From a virus (Duplodnaviria > Caudoviricetes), in the IMG/VR virus record IMGVR_UViG_3300037692_000467, positions 1 to 24,541 of that record: a DNA stretch of 24,541 nucleotides. One strand, 5' to 3'. Made by a program: the position numbers and the translations under genes. The notes under the pieces were generated by a model, which was not told where the DNA came from, did not search any database, and saw only the letters and a list, made by a program, of their open reading frames with translations. Below are positions 18,130 to 24,541 of this stretch, piece after piece. The number at the start of each line of letters is the position of its first letter. The first letter of the stretch is position 1.

Positions 18130-18432
18130 ATGGCACGCATCGCCACAATCGCCCTTGCGGCATGGCTGGCCGCGCTCCCCTGGGGCGGGGCGGACGCGGC
18201 GTTCTGCGCCAGCAACGATTTTGTCGCCGCCGATCTGAAGGCGCGCTTCGCCGAGACGCCGGTCGCCGTCGGCCTGATCCTCGACAGCAAGGTCATGCAG
18301 GTCTTCGCCTCGGATATCGGCACCTGGAGCGTCGTGCTGACCGACACGCGGGGCATCGCCTGCATCGTCGCGGCGGGCACCGACTGGACGACCGTCACGC
18401 CGCCGCCCGAGCCGGAGGGGGACCCTTCTTAA
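18130..18432 (+). CDS. Small exported two-Cys hypothetical protein
   Basis: Signal peptide ending ADA-A; C...LKARFAETPVAVGL...VFASDIGTWSVVLT...GIACIVAAGTDW. Confidence 0.7.
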   Translation: MARIATIALAAWLAALPWGGADAAFCASNDFVAADLKARFAETPVAVGLILDSKVMQVFASDIGTWSVVLTDTRGIACIVAAGTDWTTVTPPPEPEGDPS

Positions 18433-18484
18433 CCGCGCCGCCGCAAGACATGCCAAGGCAGAATCGATGGAGAGGTTTTTCAAG

Positions 18485-19018
18485 ATGAACAGGCCCAATC
18501 TCGACCAAGCGACCGTGCGGAGATTATTCCGCTACGATCCAATCACGGGCAACCTGATTTGGCGCTGGCGCGACGATGTGCCCAAGGACTGGAACACGAA
18601 ATATGCCGGCAAAGTCGCTGGCTCGATATGGAGACCACGGAACCGGAAAACATCGTATCGGCGGGTCGGTATCCTCGGCTGGAAATTTTTCGCGCATCGC
18701 GTGATCTGGCTCTACATGACCGGCAAATGGCTGGCTGAAATCGACCACGCGGACCAGGACGGTCTTAACAACCGATGGGCGAATTTGCGAGAGGCGACAC
18801 AGGCCCAAAACAAGGCAAATTCCGGCGCTAACCGAAACAACAAGCTCGGCATTCGTGGGGTGCGTTTCCGCAAACAATGCGGTCGCTTCACGGCGCAAAT
18901 CGGGGTCGAGGGCAAGCAGCGATACCTTGGCCTTTTCGACACGGAAGAAGAAGCCAGAGCCGCGTACCTCATAGCCGCTACCGAAGTATATGGTGAATTT
19001 GCGAGGGTCGCGTCGTGA
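18485..19018 (+). CDS. HNH endonuclease with C-terminal AP2-like DNA-binding domain (free-standing homing endonuclease)
   Basis: LFRYDPITG, AHRVIWLYMTG..EIDHADQDGLNNRWANLR, RGVRF...RYLGLFDTEEEARAAY. Confidence 0.93.
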   Translation: MNRPNLDQATVRRLFRYDPITGNLIWRWRDDVPKDWNTKYAGKVAGSIWRPRNRKTSYRRVGILGWKFFAHRVIWLYMTGKWLAEIDHADQDGLNNRWANLREATQAQNKANSGANRNNKLGIRGVRFRKQCGRFTAQIGVEGKQRYLGLFDTEEEARAAYLIAATEVYGEFARVAS

Positions 19019-19323
19019 CCGCGCTATTGCTCGCCGGCCAGATCGTCCTGGCCTCCTGGTACGGTCCCGGCTTCCATGGGCGCCTCACGGCGAGCGGCGA
19101 GCGGTTCGACCAGAACGCCGCGACATGCGCGCACAGGACGGCAAAATTCGGAACCGTGCTGCGGCTGACGCGCCTCGCCAACGGCAAGACCGCGACGTGC
19201 CGGGTTTCGGACAGAGGGCCGTTCGTGGCGGGCCGGGCGCTCGACGTGTCCCGCGCCGTCGCCAAGCGGCTCGGCTTCCTCGACGCCGGGCTGGCGCGGG
19301 TGAGAATCGAAAGGATCGACTGA
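19015..19323 (+). CDS. rlpA: RlpA-family lytic transglycosylase (DPBB domain only)
   Basis: ASWYGPGFHGRLTASGERFD...AHRT..FGT...RVSDRGPFVAGRALDVSRAVAKRLG; GTGA overlap with the HNH gene. Confidence 0.9.
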   Translation: MTALLLAGQIVLASWYGPGFHGRLTASGERFDQNAATCAHRTAKFGTVLRLTRLANGKTATCRVSDRGPFVAGRALDVSRAVAKRLGFLDAGLARVRIERID

Positions 19324-19324
19324 C

Positions 19325-20311
19325 ATGTGGAGAATGGCGAAGTCGCTCGACGTACTGTTGGGCCAGATTAACAAGAAGTATCCCAAGCGCTCCAAGGTGA
19401 GCGACGGCGGGATAGGCGACGCGAAGCACGCCTCGCGCTCATCCGACCACAACCCTTGGGTCAAGGACGGCAAGATGGGCGTCGTCACGGCGCGCGACTT
19501 CACCAACGACCCGGTGAATGGAATCGCATCCGAGGCGCTGGCGGAAGCCCTGTGGGCGTCGCGGGACGAACGGATAAAGTACGTCATATCGAACCGCCGG
19601 ATATTCAGCGGGACCAACCAGAAGAACGCCGCGTGGCAATGGCGTCCCTACAGGGGCTCCAACCCCCACATTAAGCACGTCCATATCTCCGTCAAGAGCA
19701 ACAAGCCGAACTACGACTCGACCGCGCCTTGGAACTTGAGCGTGCTCGCCATGCCCACCACCGATGTCAAGGACGTGCAGCGCCGTCTCGTCTCCCACGG
19801 TTATGTTAAGGTTGGTGGAATAGACGGCCTGTTAGGCGAAAACACCCGAGGCGCGATCCGCGACTTCCGCGCCAACAACGCCCTGCCGGAAGGCGACCAT
19901 ATCGACGCCGCTCTGCTCAAGGCAGTGAGGAACCCAAACGCCGTGCGGCCGGTCATCCTGCCGGAGCGGGCCAACGCCACGGCGAGCGACCTTCGCGAAA
20001 AGGGCAGCGTGATCGTCAAGGCCGCCGATGTGCAGAAGGTCGGGACGGCGGCTGTCGGGACGGCCACGGTCGCCAAGGGCGCCTTCGACGTGTTCAAGGA
20101 CACCGGGGAACAGGTTTCCGAAATCACGGACTCGCTGTCGCCGTTCCAAAGCTTCCTCGCCTTCTTCTCCGAGGGTGAGTGGGCAAATTGGATCTGGGTG
20201 CCCATCCTCATCATCGTCCTGCTCATCGGCTGGCAGGCCGTCGCAATCGCGCGCGCGCGTGTCAAAGACCACCAGCTGAACAATACCTCCGTGATCAACC
20301 TGACGGAGTAA
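19325..20311 (+). CDS. Endolysin: Zn-peptidase-like catalytic domain + peptidoglycan-binding domain + C-terminal TM helix
   Basis: SSDHNP...ARDFT...NPHIKHVHISV; DVKDVQRRL..HGY...IDGLLGENTRGAIRDFR; WIWVPILIIVLLIGW. Confidence 0.85.
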   Translation: MWRMAKSLDVLLGQINKKYPKRSKVSDGGIGDAKHASRSSDHNPWVKDGKMGVVTARDFTNDPVNGIASEALAEALWASRDERIKYVISNRRIFSGTNQKNAAWQWRPYRGSNPHIKHVHISVKSNKPNYDSTAPWNLSVLAMPTTDVKDVQRRLVSHGYVKVGGIDGLLGENTRGAIRDFRANNALPEGDHIDAALLKAVRNPNAVRPVILPERANATASDLREKGSVIVKAADVQKVGTAAVGTATVAKGAFDVFKDTGEQVSEITDSLSPFQSFLAFFSEGEWANWIWVPILIIVLLIGWQAVAIARARVKDHQLNNTSVINLTE

Positions 20312-20326
20312 CCAAGGAGAACTGAC

Positions 20327-20569
20327 ATGGCACCTTCACTCGGACGGATAGTGCTCGTCGAATTGCCGGCGGGCGAAGAGTTCAACGGTTCGCGCATACA
20401 CCCGGCCGTCGTCACCGCCGTACATTCGGAGACGATGATCAATGCGAGGGTTTTCGTCGATGCAGACAAGAATCCGCTGTGGTTGACCTCGATCCCGCGC
20501 GCCGACACAGGCGGATATGGCGGCGCGGTCTGGTCCTGGCCGCCTCAGGTACAAGGAGAACCGACATGA
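20327..20569 (+). CDS. Conserved small phage protein (PSLGRIV...PAVVTAV...WSWPP)
   Basis: AAGGAG RBS; 80 aa. Confidence 0.75.
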   Translation: MAPSLGRIVLVELPAGEEFNGSRIHPAVVTAVHSETMINARVFVDADKNPLWLTSIPRADTGGYGGAVWSWPPQVQGEPT

Positions 20570-20730
20570 CGTTCATTCTCATCGCTATCGCCTTCATCGG
20601 CGGCTTTCTCGTCGGCCGCTATGTCGGCATCAATGGCTGGGCCACGACGGGCGGCCTCATCGCGGCCGCAGCCGCCGTCGCCTGGGAATATCTGGGCAGC
20701 CTCTTTACTACCGTGCAGGGCTGGTTCTGA
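20566..20730 (+). CDS. 54-aa two-TM protein, holin candidate
   Basis: AAGGAG RBS, ATGA overlap; MTFILIAIAFIGGFLVG...GGLIAAAAAVAWEYLG. Confidence 0.6.
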   Translation: MTFILIAIAFIGGFLVGRYVGINGWATTGGLIAAAAAVAWEYLGSLFTTVQGWF

Positions 20731-20903
20731 TGGGCTGGTTTCCCCCGGCCCTCATCCTCGCCGGCTTCGCGGCCATCGCCTATGCCGGCGTCATAGCCCG
20801 CGAGCGGCATGAGGCGTTCCTGGATCAGCGCACCCCGCTCTATCTCGCCGCCGCGATGTTCGACTTCGGGCTGGCCTCCGCATTATTGGAGACGGTGCCA
20901 TGA
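20730..20903 (+). CDS. 57-aa membrane protein
   Basis: TGATG coupling; two hydrophobic stretches. Confidence 0.55.
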   Translation: MGWFPPALILAGFAAIAYAGVIARERHEAFLDQRTPLYLAAAMFDFGLASALLETVP

Positions 20904-21226
20904 GCGACCTTTTCTGGTGGGCCATTGGCGGCTTCGGGCTGGGCATCCCGCTGCTGCTCGTCGGCGCCATCCTGTTCTTCGGCTGGCCCGTCGTCGCGGC
21001 GATCCTCATCCGGTATTGGAAAATCCTGCTCCCGGTCGGTTTGGCCATTCTCGCTGCGCTCGGTCTCTACGCGAAGGGACGCGCCGAGGGCCGCGCCGCC
21101 GAGCGAGCGAAGCTCAAGAAGCTCACCGAGAAGGAGGTCGCCAACGCCGCCAAGGAGCGGAAGCGGATCGACGGACTGACGGATGCACAAGTCGATAGGG
21201 AGTTAGCGAAATGGGATCGAAAATAG
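20900..21226 (+). CDS. Putative i-spanin (Rz-like)
   Basis: Hydrophobic N-terminal half, charged coiled-coil C-terminus, overlapped by a lipoprotein gene. Confidence 0.65.
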   Translation: MSDLFWWAIGGFGLGIPLLLVGAILFFGWPVVAAILIRYWKILLPVGLAILAALGLYAKGRAEGRAAERAKLKKLTEKEVANAAKERKRIDGLTDAQVDRELAKWDRK

Positions 21227-21426
21227 CCGCACTGGCGATTGCCGGGTTTGTCCTCGCCGGATGCGCCGACACCGTGGGCCTGACAGGCTCTTTCTGCGAC
21301 CCGCGCTCCGGCATCGAGCAGATACGGCTCACCGCCGCCGAACGGGCCGCGCTGACCGCCGAGCCGAAGCGCAAAGTCCTCGCCGTTAATGTCTATGGCG
21401 AGAAAAATTGCGGCTGGAAGCCGTAG
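21211..21426 (+). CDS. Putative o-spanin lipoprotein (Rz1-like)
   Basis: GGAG RBS; lipobox LAGC; overlaps the 3' end of the i-spanin. Confidence 0.75.
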   Translation: MGSKIAALAIAGFVLAGCADTVGLTGSFCDPRSGIEQIRLTAAERAALTAEPKRKVLAVNVYGEKNCGWKP

Positions 21427-21442
21427 GCTGGAGGCGTGGCGG

Positions 21443-22033
21443 ATGCGAGCCTTACAGCGAGCGGTCATCGTCGCGCTCTGCGTGGCGCCTATGGCGGCGT
21501 CGGCGCAGGACGTTAGTAGCCCTGGCGGGGATCTGACAGTTCAGGCCCAAGCCCAGGTTCCGCTTCGCGAGTTTCTTTCATCCAGGCAGGACCAGCAATA
21601 TGCCGACCTGTTGAGCCGCATCGAGGCCACCGAGAAGCGGCTGCGGCTGGTTATGGACGAGCGGGACCGACAGTACGCGCAGCGGTTCGACGCGCAGCGG
21701 AGTGCCGTCAATGCCGCGCTGGCCTCGGCGGAGCGCGCCCTCGACAAGGCGGCGACCGCATCCGAGAAGCGGTTCGATTCGGTGAATGAGTTCCGGCAGA
21801 CTCTGACCGATCAGGCAACGAACTTCATGAACAAGCAGACGGCGGAGGCCAACTTTACGTCGCTGCAAGACCGCCTGAACAAGGTTGAGCTTCTGGTCAA
21901 CACCATCCAATCCGCAGGCCAAGGACGGGCGGACTTCATCGGCTGGATCGTGGGCATCGGCGGGGTGCTCGTCGCTTTCGGGGCGCTGATATTCAACATG
22001 CAAAAGGCCAAGCTGCCGGAGGTGTATGAATGA
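21443..22033 (+). CDS. Coiled-coil protein with signal peptide and C-terminal TM (lysis-region membrane protein)
   Basis: GGAGG RBS; AASA-Q cleavage-like site; AALASAERALDKA..ASEKRFDSVNEFR; FIGWIVGIGGVLVAFGALIF. Confidence 0.7.
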   Translation: MRALQRAVIVALCVAPMAASAQDVSSPGGDLTVQAQAQVPLREFLSSRQDQQYADLLSRIEATEKRLRLVMDERDRQYAQRFDAQRSAVNAALASAERALDKAATASEKRFDSVNEFRQTLTDQATNFMNKQTAEANFTSLQDRLNKVELLVNTIQSAGQGRADFIGWIVGIGGVLVAFGALIFNMQKAKLPEVYE

Positions 22034-22044
22034 CAGAGCACCGC

Positions 22045-22164
22045 GACGGCCACGATGCCCCTCCATTGATCATCGAACCGTTCGCCGGGCGTGGCATGCT
22101 CGTCCAAGAACTGCCGCGCCCGGTCATCGCATACAACCGTCCGATAAGTTGGCCATGAAGGCAT
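22045..22164 (-). pseudogene. Probable truncated toxin-like partner of the Panacea gene
   Basis: ATG 7 nt after the antitoxin stop; MPSWPTYRTVVCDDRARQFLDEHATPGERFDDQWRGI then runs into the candidate IS end and the antisense of a phage gene. Confidence 0.4.
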
Positions 22165-22171
22165 TCTACCG

Positions 22172-22702
22172 CTACGCCGCCTGCTCCAGTTCGGAGGTTA
22201 TCGATTCGGCCCAACGTCGAACATCGTCTGTAACCTCACCCAGTTCAGCTGCGAGAGTGGCGTAAAGGGGAATCTCTTCTCCCTCGGCAGCCGCATCCCA
22301 AATAATGTCGTGCGACAAATCGCTGATGCCATTTGCCGTGTACCCGCATACGTCTTCAAGGATCGCTTTGGCGAGGGCCCGTTCGTCGTCGGAGAGGCTC
22401 TCTATCTCTGGCGGCGTCAACGAGATAAACTTGCGCGGGTCATACATAAATTCCGGCTCTTGAATGAGGATTTTCCCCTCGTCCCGCAACTCGCGCAGAA
22501 TCGCCAGAATGTGCGCTGGGACGGGTCCACGCTGCCGCTTGACATAGCTTTCGCCAGTAACGGATGCGCCATTCGTCTGATAGGCGATCACATCGGTAAA
22601 CCATAGTGATTTGTTTAATCTCACGGCCCCGAGACGGCCGGGATGATCGCGGCATTCATGCACGAGAAAGTGCACGAGTGCCTTGAACTTCTGAGTCGTC
22701 AT
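22172..22702 (-). CDS. Panacea/SocA-like antitoxin (DUF4065)
   Basis: KFKALVHFL...LGAVRLNKSLWFTD..AY...VTGESYVKRQRGPVP...ISDLSHDIIW..A.EGEEIP. Confidence 0.85.
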   Translation of the reverse strand: MTTQKFKALVHFLVHECRDHPGRLGAVRLNKSLWFTDVIAYQTNGASVTGESYVKRQRGPVPAHILAILRELRDEGKILIQEPEFMYDPRKFISLTPPEIESLSDDERALAKAILEDVCGYTANGISDLSHDIIWDAAAEGEEIPLYATLAAELGEVTDDVRRWAESITSELEQAA

Positions 22703-22799
22703 GGTCGCTGCTTTCCTAGGTCAAAAAAATCGCTGGCTGGTCCTCATATAGCACTTGACAATGGGAAAAAATAGAGTCTAGCGGCGCCTTTGAAGCAAA

Positions 22800-23720
22800 T
22801 CACCGATAGGTCAATCGCTTGCCCTTCATGCCCGCGAGCGCCTGACCGGCCCTTTCCTCATCCTCGACACCAAGCGCCGAGCGGCGGTTGTAGCGGAAAT
22901 CGAACTCTGCCAGATAGCGCGGCAAGTACCTTTCGCTGACGTGATGGAACGTACCGATCACGCCGCGCTTCAGGATCGAAAAATAGTTTTCGGCAGTGTT
23001 GGTATGAACGAAGCCGCCGAGGCGAACATACTCATTGGCCGAATGGTTGACGGTCGAATGGCCAGCGAACTCCTTGCCGATGCCGGCGTAGGTCGGCGCA
23101 TCGTCCGTCATTAGGTGCGACTGGCGGTCGGCGATCTTCTCGATAGCCTCGCCGAGAGTGGCGGCTGACACGTCTGCGACACGACGCGAGCTAACCTTGC
23201 CCTGGCGCTCGACCAGCGAGAACACGGCGACCTTCTTTGGCGGCGGCGCATAGGCGCGGTTCTTCGCCTTGCCACCGACGAAACTTTCGTCTGCCTCAAT
23301 CACCTTGTTCTGTCCACCGAGCGGGCCGAGCGAACCATCGCGCATGGCCTCGCGGATGCGGTGCGCGAGGAACCACGCCGTCCGATATTGAACCTCTAGG
23401 ATGCGGTGCAACTGGTGCGCCGAGATGCCCTTCTTCGAGCACGCCATCAAATGAACCGCCTGCAAAAACTTTTGCAGCGGAATGCGGCCATGCTCGAAAA
23501 CGGTTCCGACCTTGACCGTGAATTGCTTGCCGCAGTTGCCGCAGTTGCCGCACTTGTGCAGGCCGTAGCGGACACGCTTAGACGGGTTCGCCTTGATCTT
23601 GCTGATCCGGTCCATGCCGCCGCAATGCGGGCATACAGGGCCGTCCGGCCACAGCAAATTCTCTAGATGCTGAAAAGCCGCTTCCTCATCGTGAAAGTAG
23701 GGGCGCGATAGTACCGACAT
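22800..23720 (-). CDS. IS1595-family DDE transposase with N-terminal Zn ribbon
   Basis: AGGAG RBS; WPDGPVCPHCG, KKGISAHQLHR, IEADESFVGGK, LMTDD, VNHSANEYV, HTNTAENYFS, RYLAEFDFRYN, GKRLTYR. Confidence 0.95.
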   Translation of the reverse strand: MSVLSRPYFHDEEAAFQHLENLLWPDGPVCPHCGGMDRISKIKANPSKRVRYGLHKCGNCGNCGKQFTVKVGTVFEHGRIPLQKFLQAVHLMACSKKGISAHQLHRILEVQYRTAWFLAHRIREAMRDGSLGPLGGQNKVIEADESFVGGKAKNRAYAPPPKKVAVFSLVERQGKVSSRRVADVSAATLGEAIEKIADRQSHLMTDDAPTYAGIGKEFAGHSTVNHSANEYVRLGGFVHTNTAENYFSILKRGVIGTFHHVSERYLPRYLAEFDFRYNRRSALGVEDEERAGQALAGMKGKRLTYR

Positions 23721-23937
23721 TGGGTCTCTCCTTGACCCCACTAATATGGCACATTTCAGCTAGGTTTGCAAGATGCATAATCGCCGGTTATTATGCCGCC
23801 CAAACTGATGTGACTCGCATGGCATCACATCTCTTTGCCCGTGTGAGCAATATGATGGGACGGTTCATTTCCTGCCGAGCCCCGGCTGGCTGCCCTTGCA
23901 TGGGCGAGCAACGTCCCTCAGTAAGATCAACGCCTCC

Positions 23938-23989
23938 CGCTTGATTGTGGATCAGGAGGTCGTTGGTTCGAATCCAACCAGCTGTACCA
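23938..23989 (+). other. att core: 3' half of tRNA-His(GTG)
   Basis: Anticodon arm CTTGA-TTGTGGA-TCAGG, T-arm GTTGG-TTCGAAT-CCAAC, acceptor strand CAGCTGT-A-CCA; no D-arm or 5' acceptor strand upstream. Confidence 0.85.
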
Positions 23990-24017
23990 GCCCCGTCAAC
24001 CACTTAGCCACTGTCGG

Positions 24018-24045
24018 CGTTCCACACGTTCCAGAGCGCGTTCCA
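24018..24045 (+). repeat. Three direct repeats CGTTCCA, putative integrase arm-type sites
   Basis: Copies at 24018, 24027 and 24039, about 30-55 bp from the att core. Confidence 0.6.
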
Positions 24046-24065
24046 AGGCTTTGTTCGGCCGATGT

Positions 24066-24155
24066 TCACCCTACCGCCGCCAGCACCGCCACCAAGACGA
24101 GCACGATGGCGAAAGGCACCCATACGTTCCGCGTGCGGTGGCCGAAGTCGCTCAT
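24066..24155 (-). CDS. 29-aa single-TM microprotein
   Basis: MSDFGHRTRNVWVPFAIVLVLVAVLAAVG; ATGA overlap with the upstream stop. Confidence 0.45.
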   Translation of the reverse strand: MSDFGHRTRNVWVPFAIVLVLVAVLAAVG

Positions 24156-24328
24156 TTATCTTTGTCCCAAGTCGCCGGCGCGCCGGGTCGCTTCCGAATG
24201 TCGATGATTTTATGAAAGCCATCGTAATCGTTATATTTCGCTAGCTCGCGGATTGCATCGAGCAATTCATCTTTCGACAAAGTTTCAATCGGTTTCCCCA
24301 TCCACAATATGATTTTCGGATCGCTCAC
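24152..24328 (-). CDS. 58-aa hypothetical protein
   Basis: GTGA overlap with the integrase stop; MSDPKIILWMGKPIETLSKDELLDAIREL... Confidence 0.55.
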   Translation of the reverse strand: MSDPKIILWMGKPIETLSKDELLDAIRELAKYNDYDGFHKIIDIRKRPGAPATWDKDK

Positions 24329-24540
24329 TTTTCTTTCCCCCGATGTTGAAGCCGCCGCCGCGCCACGTCGCGCGACGCCTCGGCAATGTTGCGGGCGTAG
24401 CGCCTCGACGTGAAGTTCGGGTCGCTGTGAGCCGCCTGCTTGGCGATGTGGTGGATGTCGGCCCCGGCGTCGTCGGCTTCGGACACGCCGCCGGCGCGGA
24501 AGTCGCGATTCCATATCGTGCGAGGGATGCCCGCCGCGTC
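24325..24540 (-). CDS. int: Tyrosine recombinase/integrase, C-terminal part (partial)
   Basis: Own translation: DAAGIPRTIWNRDFRAGGVSEADDAGADIHHIAKQAAHSDPNFTSRRYARN... with box II R, H and catalytic Y; adjacent to the tRNA att. Confidence 0.85.
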   Translation of the reverse strand, partial: DAAGIPRTIWNRDFRAGGVSEADDAGADIHHIAKQAAHSDPNFTSRRYARNIAEASRDVARRRLQHRGKEK

Positions 24541-24541
24541 G

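Larger units (their letters stand above)
22016..23787 (-). mobile_element. IS1595-family element, probably with passenger genes
   Basis: Transposase; end upstream of tnp reads CCGGCGATTATGCAT on - (from 23787); candidate imperfect other end CCGGAGGTGTATGAAT at 22016; no target duplication found, so that boundary is uncertain. Confidence 0.55.
1..24541. mobile_element. Temperate podovirus (BPP-1/T7-like virion module) genome segment, probably alphaproteobacterial host
   Basis: Continuous order portal-scaffold-capsid-tail tubes-ejection proteins-lysis-att-integrase; no host housekeeping genes seen. Confidence 0.92.

Noticed and set aside
21811-22164. Full 117-aa toxin ORF
   Set aside because: Its distal two-thirds is the antisense of gene 21443..22033, so it is treated as a truncated stub
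23809-23829. CRP site (TGTGA...TCACA)
   Set aside because: The spacer is 11 nt, not 6
23910-23989. Complete tRNA-His gene
   Set aside because: The 5' acceptor strand and D-arm are absent upstream of the anticodon arm
1-24541. CRISPR array, rRNA or dedicated invertase
   Set aside because: No regularly spaced repeats, rRNA-like sequence or serine recombinase motifs seen

Overview
GC-rich temperate podovirus segment with BPP-1/T7-type virion architecture, most likely infecting an alphaproteobacterium. It runs portal, Bbp19-like, scaffold, major capsid, Bbp16-like cement, beta-helix protein, tail tubular A and an enlarged tail tubular B/nozzle on +. A three-gene ejection (internal virion) module follows, inverted onto the - strand (9641-15878). 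After it, on +, come adsorption genes, small secreted proteins, an HNH-AP2 endonuclease and a lysis module (RlpA-like protein, membrane-anchored peptidase endolysin, holin candidates, spanins). The right end holds an IS1595-family element apparently carrying a Panacea/SocA antitoxin and a truncated partner, the 3' half of an alphaproteobacterial tRNA-His in attP configuration with arm-like repeats, and the C-terminus of a tyrosine integrase. The most notable signals are (i) a recurrent GGTGCG-TTGnnn-N16-18-nAnnnT promoter architecture, three copies of which end exactly 7 nt before an SD-less ATG (predicted leaderless late mRNAs), (ii) the inverted ejection module, driven from a back-to-back palindrome of this motif and flanked by short repeats, and (iii) nested domain insertions in the nozzle. 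All product calls come from motif recognition and synteny, not database searches.
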